This document shows positions 30,041-39,745 of a stretch of 64,000 bases of DNA, in pieces. The notes under the pieces were generated by a model. The model did no database searches. It was given only the letters and a program-made list of their open reading frames with translations, and was not told the DNA's origin. Source of the DNA: Candidatus Pacearchaeota archaeon (lineage in GTDB: Archaea; Nanobdellota; Nanobdellia; UBA10117; JAFCGA01); contig JAFCGA010000002.1 of assembly GCA_017608345.1 (NCBI GenBank), positions 1,396 through 65,395 of the forward strand, read 5' to 3'. A program made the translations under genes and the position numbers. How positions within the stretch are numbered: the stretch's first letter is position 1; each line of letters opens with the position of its first letter.

Positions 30041-31576
30041 CTAGCTCATCCCTTTTGTCTTACTATATCCTAACTGCCACAATCTAAGATCAAGTGGCGC
30101 ATTAAAAAATCTCAGTTTCCACCGTATTTTTGCTAAAATATTAAAAAATCTGTTAAATATGACTATCGGATAAACCATCAAAGGGGTTCCGAATTTCGCT
30201 ATTTTTTGTTTGTAGCTCCATTGATCTAACAATTGATTTATAAACATTATTCTCGCACACACGTTGATACCTTCATATTTTGATTTTAATTTTTTATTTA
30301 TCCATGTGATATTCCGTTTATCATTAAATCCCCATTCTTTAGTCCAATCTTCCAATTTTTCAGGAAGTTTGTAGTGGTATTTTTCGATTAACAGATTGGT
30401 AAGACTGTTTCTTGGAAAAGGTGTGAAGATAAACAAACCATTTATCCTAGCATTTTTATCTATTGTTTTTATTTTGTCATATACATCAAGGGTTCTATTT
30501 AATTCACTTTCAGTTTCAGATGGGAAACCCATCATTAAACTTAGCAACACAATAAATCCATTTTTTTTCAATATTTTAACTGAATCGACTATTTGTTTTA
30601 CTGTTATATCTTTTGTAATTAAATTAAGAATTCTATCATCTCCAGATTCTGCTCCGAACGCTAATTCCTTAAAATTGGCTTTTTTTAAAAGTCGGAAGAA
30701 ACTTGTTGTATATCTCACAAGATAGTCGCATCTGACCATAGCATAGAATTCAACATCCCACCTCTTTTTTATAATTAAATTACATATATCTTCGATTCTT
30801 TTTCTATCTACAAAAAAATTTGAGTCAAGAAAAACTATTCTTTTCGGATGAAATGTTTTAATAATTTTATCTAATTCTTCAACTACGATTTTTGGACTTT
30901 TACCAACCCATTTTCTTCCATAATTACATTCATTACTGCAAAAACCACACCTATGGGGGCAACCTTTACTAGATACGTATCCAAATCGATAGTATGCTCC
31001 CAAATAATTTTTTTTAATATTGAGGAGGTGATAAGGAAGATCTACAGATTTATTTATATCTCTAAGGGGTCTATCTGACGTGCTTATTATTTTTCCATTT
31101 TTATCTTTAAAAGATAGCCCTTTAATTTTTTTTATACTTTTATCTTTTTCTATCGAATGTATTATTTCGATTATGGTTTCTTCCCCTTCTCCCTTAACAA
31201 CAATATCTACATTCTGATTTGCTGCTGTTTGTTCGGGCATGGAAGAAGGATGTGGACCACCCCATATTATTTTTAATCCCGGATTTATTTTCCGAATATG
31301 CTTTGAAACCTCTAAGGCGTATTTTATTTGTTCACCGGACATGGTTGTAATTCCGACACAAATAAAATCGTCTAGATTTTTCAGATTCGTCTTATAATTT
31401 TTGATTCTGCAATCAAAAATCACCGGCTCATATCCATGCTCAAGAAGAGGTTTTGCTATAAATAATAAATATAACGGTAAATTGACATCTTTAATTCCAT
31501 ATTTGGCAGGCATTACTAATAGAACTTTTTTCTTTTTTTCTTTTTTCAAATTTAATTTTTCTAGCATTTTAACCAA
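30041..31576 (-). CDS. B12-binding radical SAM protein
   Basis: WGGPHPS, GEGEET, SKGCPHRCGFC, GAESG, GFPSET. Confidence 0.92.
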   Translation of the reverse strand: MVKMLEKLNLKKEKKKKVLLVMPAKYGIKDVNLPLYLLFIAKPLLEHGYEPVIFDCRIKNYKTNLKNLDDFICVGITTMSGEQIKYALEVSKHIRKINPGLKIIWGGPHPSSMPEQTAANQNVDIVVKGEGEETIIEIIHSIEKDKSIKKIKGLSFKDKNGKIISTSDRPLRDINKSVDLPYHLLNIKKNYLGAYYRFGYVSSKGCPHRCGFCSNECNYGRKWVGKSPKIVVEELDKIIKTFHPKRIVFLDSNFFVDRKRIEDICNLIIKKRWDVEFYAMVRCDYLVRYTTSFFRLLKKANFKELAFGAESGDDRILNLITKDITVKQIVDSVKILKKNGFIVLLSLMMGFPSETESELNRTLDVYDKIKTIDKNARINGLFIFTPFPRNSLTNLLIEKYHYKLPEKLEDWTKEWGFNDKRNITWINKKLKSKYEGINVCARIMFINQLLDQWSYKQKIAKFGTPLMVYPIVIFNRFFNILAKIRWKLRFFNAPLDLRLWQLGYSKTKGMS

Positions 31577-31631
31577 ATGATTTTTTTACCGTCTTGTATG
31601 TTGCTTCTATTTGTATTGCATTCTCATCGCG

Positions 31632-31878
31632 CGAGAATTTATTTTCTACCCGCGATTTTAAATTTTTCTCTGAGTCTAGTGTTAGATAATAAAGTGTCAA
31701 CTTTCTTAGCAATATCTTATTCGCCCTTTAGTTTTATATGTAGGGAACACCAACAGAGATTTGTGGATCTTGGCGTATAATCTCTTCTTGTTTTTCAATT
31801 ATCTGCAGTCCCACTGCCTTTTGATTTGATTAAAAGCAAACTCCTAGCCATAGCTTCTACTAATACAACATCCAAACC
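31632..31878 (-). pseudogene. degraded GT4 C-terminal fragment related to 32889..34079
   Basis: GLDVVLVEAMARSLLLIKSKGSG.AD and DIAKKVDTLLSNTRLREKFKI match LGVVLIEAMACGLPIIGSKEGG and DIAEKVDLLLSDSKLREKFKI; stops and indels present. Confidence 0.8.
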
Positions 31879-32017
31879 ACGCAACTTTTAATAAGCATAT
31901 AAATCTAATATTATATATTTCTGAGAGCGCTGACGTAGCGAGGGGATTAGTTCTCGTTCTTCAGGTTGTTCTCCTTTTCTCTTCCGGAATATTATATCTC
32001 CCTTACTACTCTGGGAC

Positions 32018-32108
32018 AAATAAACTTAAAAGATTTTCTAACTAATATCTTTAGAACATGAAATCCGGAATAGAAAGTATAATTTGTAATAATCCTGAGC
32101 TATTTTGA
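32018..32108 (+). pseudogene. relic copy of the promoter and first codons of gene 23004
   Basis: 28-bp exact repeat, then MKSGIESIICNNPELF* versus MKAGREIIICDNHEPI. Confidence 0.8.
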
Positions 32109-32118
32109 CTTTCTGACT

Positions 32119-32892
32119 TTATTCGTTTTTATATAATATCCATATGAATGATGGCGTTAAGAAAGATATTTGGTTTAATAGCTTTACTGGAAATTTTGTT
32201 ATTATTATTTTTGGATTAATCATATCCGTAGCACAGAATCTACTCGGATCTTTGATAATTTTTGAGAAATAATCATGTATTTCGAAATTATTCAGTAGTT
32301 TTTTCAACCGCCAATAGGATAAAGGAGTTTCATAATACTCTTTTTTGTTTATTAATATCCGAATATAAATGTTAGCTAATGGCTTAGGGATCCAGCTTAA
32401 AAAAGGAAGATAGTAATGACCTTCTATAATTTTGTATTTATTTGGGCCTCCAAAGTAGCACACACCACCTTTTTTTAAAACACGATATATTTCGGAGAAA
32501 AGTTGCTTACGGTTAGGAACGTGTTCATATGTGTGAGAACTTATCACTACGTCGAAAGATTCATCTTCAAAAGAAAGATGCATAGCATCATCATATTTAT
32601 AGATTATGTTTCTTTTCGAATAGTTTTTCCTTGCAATAGATAGTGATTGTTTATCAATATCTATAGCTATAACTTTCTTAAAGTTTTCTGCTATAACTTG
32701 AGCAATAATTCCGCCAGAGCAGCCGATATCTAAGCAAGTTAGTTTTTTTGGATCCTTTTCAGTTTTGGACAAAAAATCTAATAAGACAGCACATATTTTG
32801 TTGCCCTTTATTCTCTTTCTGTCTTTATCTAGCACTCGTGAGAGTATCTTCGAGAAATTCTGCTGATAATGCAGTCCATTTTTTTTACTCAT
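32119..32892 (-). CDS. class I SAM-dependent methyltransferase
   Basis: LDIGCSGG, FD.VIS.H.YEHVP, RVLKKGG. Confidence 0.9.
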   Translation of the reverse strand: MSKKNGLHYQQNFSKILSRVLDKDRKRIKGNKICAVLLDFLSKTEKDPKKLTCLDIGCSGGIIAQVIAENFKKVIAIDIDKQSLSIARKNYSKRNIIYKYDDAMHLSFEDESFDVVISSHTYEHVPNRKQLFSEIYRVLKKGGVCYFGGPNKYKIIEGHYYLPFLSWIPKPLANIYIRILINKKEYYETPLSYWRLKKLLNNFEIHDYFSKIIKDPSRFCATDMINPKIIITKFPVKLLNQISFLTPSFIWILYKNE

Positions 32893-34079
32893 TTTTTAAT
32901 CGCATTGATATATATTTCCTCAACGTTTTCTGCGGATTTGTCCCAGGAGAATTTTTTCTTAACTGTGTTTGGACCATTAATCTTAAATTTTTCTCTAAGT
33001 TTAGAATCTGATAATAATAAATCTACTTTCTCAGCAATATCATATTCGTCTTTCGGTTGTATATATAATCCATTTTCAAAATCTGTGATAATATCTACGA
33101 TCCCCCCCTCTTTTGATCCAATTATAGGTAATCCGCAAGCCATTGCTTCGATTAATACAACACCCAAGGTTTCAGTTTCTCCTTTCGAGTCGATTATTGA
33201 GGGGAGGATAAATAAATCTGAAGAACGATATAGTGGAGGAAGATCTTGTCTTAGAATTACTCCAATAAATTTAACTTTATCAAGGAAGCCTAGTCTATGA
33301 ATTAGTTTTTTTAATTTCTCTTCTTCTGAACCCCATCCACCAATAATTATAGTAACCTTGTGTTTTTTTAGTATAAGTTGCAGAGCTCTCAGTAAATAAA
33401 TTAACCCTTTCTTTTCAACTAGTCTCCCAACAAATAAAATGATCCTATCTTGTTTAGGTATATTATAAATCCCGTGAAGATCTATTGTTTTTACGCTAAG
33501 ATTAAACTGATTTATGTCTACTGAAGATGGAGACACAATATATTTTGGTACCTGCGTTATAGCTTCTGCTTTATTTTTAAGATAAGAACTGACACAGATT
33601 ACATATTCGCAGTTATTAAGAATGAATTTGTTTAAGAATAATGAGAATTTATTTTTGACTACTAATCCTCTTAAGGTCATTATTAATGGTTTTTTGATTA
33701 TTTTTTTTACTAAGACTCCAACTAACGCAGCTACAGTAGTATGTGCATGTATTAAATCGCATCTTCTTGCTATCCTCAAACCAGTAAAAAAGAAAGAAAT
33801 TAAAAAAAAAGGCATACTTAATTTAGCAATAGGATCTCTAATATTTTCAGCCATACCTTCGCGGTAAGCTAATTTCTCTAGCGACTCTGGGAACATATAT
33901 CTGAATCTAAATATTCTTACCGAATCAACCACTTCTTTAGTTTTAACCCCGCAGTCATGTGGTGTTATAACATAAACTAGATGATTTTTCGCTATTCTTT
34001 TTGCTAATTCATATGCTGGAAGGTGGTACATGTCTCCCTTAAATCTTGGGAAAGAAGGGGATAATACACAGATTTTCAT
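32889..34079 (-). CDS. glycosyltransferase family 4
   Basis: FVGRLVEKKG, ETLGVVLIEAMACG.P, FSW. Confidence 0.93.
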   Translation of the reverse strand: MKICVLSPSFPRFKGDMYHLPAYELAKRIAKNHLVYVITPHDCGVKTKEVVDSVRIFRFRYMFPESLEKLAYREGMAENIRDPIAKLSMPFFLISFFFTGLRIARRCDLIHAHTTVAALVGVLVKKIIKKPLIMTLRGLVVKNKFSLFLNKFILNNCEYVICVSSYLKNKAEAITQVPKYIVSPSSVDINQFNLSVKTIDLHGIYNIPKQDRIILFVGRLVEKKGLIYLLRALQLILKKHKVTIIIGGWGSEEEKLKKLIHRLGFLDKVKFIGVILRQDLPPLYRSSDLFILPSIIDSKGETETLGVVLIEAMACGLPIIGSKEGGIVDIITDFENGLYIQPKDEYDIAEKVDLLLSDSKLREKFKINGPNTVKKKFSWDKSAENVEEIYINAIKK

Positions 34080-34084
34080 TTTTA

Positions 34085-35038
34085 TTATGGTTGTAATTTC
34101 TTATTTTGTTCCATATCAAATAATATCGCGAATAATAGTGATTGAAATCCAAGGATAATTAGCAAGACGCTTAATAAGACTTGGTTACCTGAAACAGAAC
34201 CAGATAATCCTCTGATTCCAATATATGCTGCTAATAGTGTTCCTACTGGAAGCAGAGTTAATCCCATAAGGTAAAATAATACTAACGGATGAAAATCTTG
34301 AAAGAAGTATTTCATCTTAAGGCGCCAGAAAAACATTCTCATCATTCTTGGTAATACTCTTAAAATATATCTACCTATTTTTATTTGGGATTGCCTTTCT
34401 CCCTTGAGATATATGGCTCTCCGGGGTACGTCTTTAATTCTAAGGTTATGGACATTGAATACAACTAACCAATCACCCACATAACCATAGCCTTTCCAAG
34501 CTTTTGACCAATCAATTCTTTCTATTGCTTCTTTAGTTATTGCAGTATATCCATCTTGAGTATCAAATATTTTCCAGTAGCCAGAGGCCATTTTAGCTAT
34601 AAAACTTAGCGAGGAATTCCCGAAGAATCTTTTAAAGGGCATGTCTGTATAAGCATTACCGCCCATTAAGAATCTGTTTCCTTTTATATAGTCTGCTTCG
34701 CCGTTAACTATTGGTTCTAAGAAATTCGGGAGATCTTTCAAATCCATTTGGTAATCTCCGCCAATTACCACCGCAATATCATATTTATCTTTGGCTGCTT
34801 TTTTATACCCTGTAATTATCGCTTGACCTACGCCTCTATTCTTGCGGTGCCGTATGCATTCGATTCGCTTGTCTTTCTTCATGCATCGTCTGACAACTAC
34901 AGGCATATTATCTGTACTACAATCATCAATAACATAGACATGATCAATTGTTTTTGGAACATGCTCCAGAGTAGGCTTGATTAATTTCTGCTCATTATAC
35001 GCCGGAATTACTAATGCTATTTTCTTCTTTTTGTACAT
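34085..35038 (-). CDS. glycosyltransferase family 2 (DPM synthase-like)
   Basis: VIPAYNE, IDDCSTD, N.GVG.A, KGNRF, D.Q.GY, two C-terminal TM segments. Confidence 0.92.
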   Translation of the reverse strand: MYKKKKIALVIPAYNEQKLIKPTLEHVPKTIDHVYVIDDCSTDNMPVVVRRCMKKDKRIECIRHRKNRGVGQAIITGYKKAAKDKYDIAVVIGGDYQMDLKDLPNFLEPIVNGEADYIKGNRFLMGGNAYTDMPFKRFFGNSSLSFIAKMASGYWKIFDTQDGYTAITKEAIERIDWSKAWKGYGYVGDWLVVFNVHNLRIKDVPRRAIYLKGERQSQIKIGRYILRVLPRMMRMFFWRLKMKYFFQDFHPLVLFYLMGLTLLPVGTLLAAYIGIRGLSGSVSGNQVLLSVLLIILGFQSLLFAILFDMEQNKKLQP

Positions 35039-35077
35039 TATACGTCTAGACGTTAGGATATCTATTTAATAATCTTT

Positions 35078-36025
35078 TTATTTCTCTCGTTTATATTGCT
35101 CAATCTGCTTCCTCAGCCCTTCTTCCAAGCTAGTAGTAGGTTTAAACCCAACAAGTTTCGTTAGCTTATCTGTATCTGCGAAGGTATGTTGTACATCTTC
35201 CACGGGCTTCTTTTGAAAGGTTAGTCTAGCTTTTTTATTGAGCAATCTTTCAATTATCTCAATGACTTCAAGGGCCGTAGCGCTATTGCTATTATCGCCG
35301 CCAATGTTGAATATCTCAAAGCCAGTCTTTTTCGTAGTAATAGCAATCATTGCATCAATCACATCCTTAACATAAGTATATGTCCGAGTCATGTCTTTCC
35401 CAGAACCAAATACAGTTACAGCTTCATCGTTTATTATTTGTCTTATCCATTTTGAGAATGCCATCTCGGGTCTTTGTCGCGGACCAAATACAGTAAAGAA
35501 TCTTAGACAAACTAAAGGCGTCCCGAATTTTTTATTATATGCGTAGCAGAGCTTTTCAGTAGCAAGTTTAGTAATTCCATAAGTTGATAGCGGCCACGAA
35601 TCTCTTTCCCATGAATCAGATAAGGGCATGGTCGTTTCATCGCCATAAATAGAAGATGAACTTGCTACTATAACTTGTCTAGGTCTTATTTCTTTTGATA
35701 AATTTAGTATTTGCTGTGTAGCACGCAGATTTCTATCAATATATTTATTAAAGTCTTCTCCCCAGCCACCCTTTACTCCTGGCTGCGCTGCAAGATGATG
35801 GATTACGTCTATTTCGTTACTGTCAAAATCCTCTCTGCTGATATCCACTATATCTTTTCTAATTAACTTGAATTTTGGATTATTAACAACGTTAGATATA
35901 TTTCTCTCTTTCAATTCTTTTGGATAATAATCAGTAAAACAATCTATTCCAATCACTTCGCGATCTCTTGCAAGAAGCGCTTCGGTTAAGTGCGATCCGA
36001 TGAATCTAGCGCATCCAGTTACAAT
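35078..36025 (-). pseudogene. NAD-dependent epimerase/dehydratase with damaged 5' end (pseudogene or non-canonical start)
   Basis: HLAAQPGV, ASSSSIYG, YGITK, RFFTVFGP.QRP; upstream in-frame IVTGCARFIGSH has no ATG/GTG/TTG before it and a G-to-R change in GxxGxxG. Confidence 0.6.
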
Positions 36026-36076
36026 GTCCCTTCTAAATAGCCAATAACTAAAACATAAAAGCCTTGTTCTGCGGGA

Positions 36077-36337
36077 TCAAACAAGATCTTCGTCGCCAAT
36101 AACCACAAAATCACCAATTGCAATAACGGCGGAGAAAGGAATTAAATGACCGCCTTCCTTGTCTTTTTCTAAATCTAATTGATTTGCATAAGGCGTGGCT
36201 CCGCGTAGAGTAAGATAAATGAGCTCTCCGGTTCGAGATTCAAATACGATATCCCCAACTTCTCCGAATTTCTTTCCTGCTTTAGAAACAATTATCTTTC
36301 CGATAATCTGCCTTGAGAGTCGCTTATCTTCAGCCAT
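36077..36337 (-). CDS. PRC-barrel domain protein (CdpB-like)
   Basis: IIGK.IV...GK.FG.V.DI.F...TG.L; IPFSAV.AIGDFVVI. Confidence 0.85.
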   Translation of the reverse strand: MAEDKRLSRQIIGKIIVSKAGKKFGEVGDIVFESRTGELIYLTLRGATPYANQLDLEKDKEGGHLIPFSAVIAIGDFVVIGDEDLV

Positions 36338-36602
36338 ATTGCCTTATATCAGCACATTGTAATAAATACTTTTCTATAACGAAAACAATACGTTAAATAC
36401 TTTTCGCTATCTATTCAATCTCAAGAGCTTGAATATATTCTCGAGTAATTCAATAGTACTACTTTTTGATTAGAATTATCTTATTGGACATATCTTCGGG
36501 GCGATTAAACTACGATTTTAGGTGAATCGGAGAGCGATTAAGCATACTGTGCTAGGTTCGACTATATAAAAGTATATTAGTAGTAATTTTAGCTTCATAA
36601 TT

Positions 36603-37133
36603 ATGGCTGATGAGAAGGAAAGCTTTGCTGAGGAGATTAAAGTAGAAACTACTGAGAAACCTGCAGCGACTCCTCCTGAAGAGAATAGCAAGAAAGAAGA
36701 AACAGAACCCGTTGCTTCGGTTCCGGAAGAAACTAAATCCGCAGAGCCCGCTGTTGAGTCCAAGAGTAACGAAGATAAACCTGAACCTACTTCGGTAGTA
36801 GAATCTAAACCTCCCGCTTCAACTGAGCGACTTCGGCGACTCCCTGCAGAGCTAGTTAAAATCAAGGACTTGCGCGCCGGCATGAAGCGAGTTTGTGTAG
36901 CTGGAACAGTTATTAGTAAGAATACAGATCTCTACTCTTTTATGATTGATGATGGTGAAGCCAAAGTATTGGTTCTAATGAATGATGTTGATCGGTTTCA
37001 GAAGATTGAAATTAGCCAGTTTGTTAGAGCATTTGCAAAAATTTGGGGCGAAGGTGATGAAATAGAGCTACAGGCAGATGTAGTTCAGGATTTCTCGAAA
37101 ATCGATAAGGAACTGTACCAAAAGATTTTCTGA
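36603..37133 (+). CDS. single OB-fold protein (RPA small-subunit-like) with disordered N-terminus
   Basis: V.V.GTV, IDDG...V, ELQADVVQDFS.ID..LY; first ~75 aa rich in E/P/S/K. Confidence 0.7.
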   Translation: MADEKESFAEEIKVETTEKPAATPPEENSKKEETEPVASVPEETKSAEPAVESKSNEDKPEPTSVVESKPPASTERLRRLPAELVKIKDLRAGMKRVCVAGTVISKNTDLYSFMIDDGEAKVLVLMNDVDRFQKIEISQFVRAFAKIWGEGDEIELQADVVQDFSKIDKELYQKIF

Positions 37134-37174
37134 TTGTCTAACGAAGTTAAAGCTATTTCAAAGATAGATAAAGA

Positions 37175-37182
37175 TTTATATA
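37175..37182 (+). promoter_or_regulatory. archaeal TATA box with purine-rich BRE upstream
   Basis: GATAAAGA-TTTATATA about 25 nt before ATG 37205. Confidence 0.6.
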
Positions 37183-37204
37183 TGAAGATGTTTTAGGTGT
37201 TAGT

Positions 37205-37333
37205 ATGAAATTTGGAAAGAAAGGCGGAATGATGATGTTTGGCATCGGCTCTGTTATCGGAGCGTTAATTTTCGGTATAGTTATTGGAATTGTTATCATG
37301 TATGCATACCAAGCCGGCATGTTGCCTTTCTGA
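37205..37333 (+). CDS. 42-aa Gly-rich hydrophobic peptide (absent from ORF track)
   Basis: MKFGKKGGMMMFGIGSVIGALIFGIVIGIVIMYAYQAGMLPF; TATA box and AGGTG upstream. Confidence 0.75.
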   Translation: MKFGKKGGMMMFGIGSVIGALIFGIVIGIVIMYAYQAGMLPF

Positions 37334-37338
37334 TTTTA

Positions 37339-37863
37339 ATGATTCGGGTTGAGAAAGCTGAACTTAGAGACTCTGAAGAGATTGGTAAATTATTCTTTGA
37401 AGTTTTTAGTCCAATATACCAAAAATTGTTTAAATATCATTTAAAGGAATCAACTAGCAGCGCTATTTCAAGATTGTATATTTCTAACGCAGATATGTTT
37501 ATAGCGAAAGATAAAAACAAAATTGTTGGATTTGCCAGCTCTGTAAAATCTATATTTTCATTGTGGAAAAATCCAATTAATATAGTATTGCCTTCGAGGT
37601 ATCTGTTTATTGCGCCAGTACGTTTAAGAGATTTTGGCAAACCTTTATTTTTAACGCTAGGTGTTGATGAATCTTATCGAGGAAGAGGAATCGGCGTACA
37701 GCTTACTAATCGAATAGAAAAGAACTCGAAGGAACAGGGCGTAGTGGAGTTATTTGCGCAGATTCATTTGAAAAACGAACTCAGTAAAAAGCTTTTAATA
37801 AATACTGGATGGTCTCTTGCAGCAAAGCAAGGATTTTTATTGCTTTTTAAGAAAAAGCTATAG
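37339..37863 (+). CDS. GNAT N-acetyltransferase
   Basis: LGVDESYRGRGIG, N..S..L....GW. Confidence 0.85.
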   Translation: MIRVEKAELRDSEEIGKLFFEVFSPIYQKLFKYHLKESTSSAISRLYISNADMFIAKDKNKIVGFASSVKSIFSLWKNPINIVLPSRYLFIAPVRLRDFGKPLFLTLGVDESYRGRGIGVQLTNRIEKNSKEQGVVELFAQIHLKNELSKKLLINTGWSLAAKQGFLLLFKKKL

Positions 37864-37885
37864 ATGATGAGCAGCTATTCTAAAC

Positions 37886-38671
37886 TTATGACTTTCCGCA
37901 CCCCTTGCATAATAGGCAGCTAGTGCTATGTAGCTTATCTGTAGTTCTGATATTTCCAATTATTTTATTTATTTTTGCGCAACAGTAAGCAATATCGCCA
38001 TTGGGCAAGATTCCTGGTCCGGAGAATGCAGTGCTAGGTAATTGCCAGAACTGAACGGCGAACCTAATCTGTAGAAGCGGATTTATCCTAAATCTTTGTA
38101 CAGATGCCCAGATTTTAAGTGCGTCTTTAAATTTAAGGCACATTTCGGGCTTTGCTTTTCCAATCGGAATTACTCTGCCAAGCATAAACTTCTTTACTTG
38201 CGGATAAAAATATTTGATAATTTTCTTAGGCTCGTTTTTATTTAATTTTCCAAGAGCTGTTACGATTACTACTCGCTTTGATTTACCAACTTTCTCTAGG
38301 TTTTCTATCCCGCGTACAGTCTTTTTGAAGGAACCTTTTCCACGGATGCTATCGTTTACTTCTTCAAGTCCGTCGATAGATATGTTAATAACATCCGCAT
38401 TTAGCTTTTTTGCAACACTTTTTGTAATTAGCGTTCCGTTTGTGCATAATTCTACTATTTTTCGTTTTGATTTGCAATAGTCAATTGCGCGAAAAATATC
38501 TTTGTATAGCAATGTCTCACCGCCAGTTAATGCAACCCAGTAAGGCTTATATTTATTAATTGAATATACAAAATCCTCAAAGCTAAGGGTTTGAGTTAGA
38601 CCCACAGGAGTGCAGCACCAAATACACTTTAAATTACAACGACCGGTTAGTCCGATAACTAATTTATACAT
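37886..38671 (-). CDS. radical SAM protein with short Cys-rich (twitch/SPASM-like) tail
   Basis: CNLKCIWC, TGGE, TNGTL, SIDG, RG.GSF, PNGDIAYCC...CLLCKGC. Confidence 0.88.
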   Translation of the reverse strand: MYKLVIGLTGRCNLKCIWCCTPVGLTQTLSFEDFVYSINKYKPYWVALTGGETLLYKDIFRAIDYCKSKRKIVELCTNGTLITKSVAKKLNADVINISIDGLEEVNDSIRGKGSFKKTVRGIENLEKVGKSKRVVIVTALGKLNKNEPKKIIKYFYPQVKKFMLGRVIPIGKAKPEMCLKFKDALKIWASVQRFRINPLLQIRFAVQFWQLPSTAFSGPGILPNGDIAYCCAKINKIIGNIRTTDKLHSTSCLLCKGCGKS

Positions 38672-38768
38672 GATGCTTTCTTGAATTCCTTTACTCTTAT
38701 TCTTTTTGTTTTCTACACACTCAAAAACGTTATAAATTAGTTCTTGTTAAGTTGTGACAGTGAGTACC

Positions 38769-39515
38769 GTGTTTAAATTAAAACTAGATGATCCGAAGAT
38801 TCTGAGCGGAAGCTTGTCGATTATATCAGATTTTATTACTGAGGCAACTTTTGCCATAACTAAAGATAGTATGGGCCTGATAGCAATGGATCCGTCTAAC
38901 ATATCAATGGTTATTTTGAATCTTCTTTCGTCAGCGTTTATTGAATATACAGTTGATTCTGATGAAGAAATAACAATTAATCTAGATATTCTTAATCAGG
39001 CACTGAAGCGTGCAAAATCTGGAGAAATTCTGACGCTGTCCAAAGAGAAGAATCAGCTAGAAATTACTGTAACTGGTAAATCTACGAAGAAATTTCATAT
39101 TCCTCTACTTGAAAAAGAGAGCAGGGACAAGAAAATTCCTTCCCTTGAATTTAATACAGCTCTTGAATTGGACGCTAAAGAATTTAGAGAGTACATAGAT
39201 GATGCAAGCATTGCCGGAGACGCGCTCACATTTAATGCTGTTGGAAATAAATTTAATTTGTCTGCAGGCGATACAGGCAGAAAAGCGAGCATTGAACTGA
39301 AAGAAGGAAGTGATGCTTTAATTAAACTCGAAATCAAAGAGCTTTCTAAATCTATCTATTCTGCAGAGTATTTGAAAAAGATGGCGAAGGCGTCTTCTCT
39401 AGCAGATACAGTTCTTGTTCAGTTCAGCAAAGATTACCCTCTGCGCCTCGATTTCAAAGCACTAAACAAGATGCAGATGAGCTTTATATTAGCACCGAGA
39501 ATTGAAAACAAATAG
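38769..39515 (+). CDS. pcn: DNA polymerase sliding clamp PCNA
   Basis: AMDPSNISMV, F.EY, Y...YL.KM.K, DYPL, FILAPRIE; GTG start (alternative GTG at 38754). Confidence 0.95.
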   Translation: MFKLKLDDPKILSGSLSIISDFITEATFAITKDSMGLIAMDPSNISMVILNLLSSAFIEYTVDSDEEITINLDILNQALKRAKSGEILTLSKEKNQLEITVTGKSTKKFHIPLLEKESRDKKIPSLEFNTALELDAKEFREYIDDASIAGDALTFNAVGNKFNLSAGDTGRKASIELKEGSDALIKLEIKELSKSIYSAEYLKKMAKASSLADTVLVQFSKDYPLRLDFKALNKMQMSFILAPRIENK

Positions 39516-39745
39516 AAACTCCTTTAGAATTTCTATAATTCTTGCAAATATTCATTTGGTTTAGCAAGAACAAATAATAATCACTGCATGATGATAACCA
39601 TCTAACTAAAAACAGCCTACGGAACCGAATAACTTATAAAGGAGTAGTGTACTGTGTTTTTAGGTGAGATTCACCAGCTTTTGGTTAACAGAAGTTGGAT
39701 TGAACCCGCTGGTTTAATTTCACCAACATTGAGAGGAAATAAGAA

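Noticed and set aside
35957-36079. TGA read-through fusing the PRC-barrel gene to the epimerase
   Set aside because: TGA acts as a normal stop throughout the window and the linker looks non-coding
36518-36883. 121-aa minus-strand ORF and many other short antisense ORFs in the track
   Set aside because: Shadows of well-supported genes on the opposite strand
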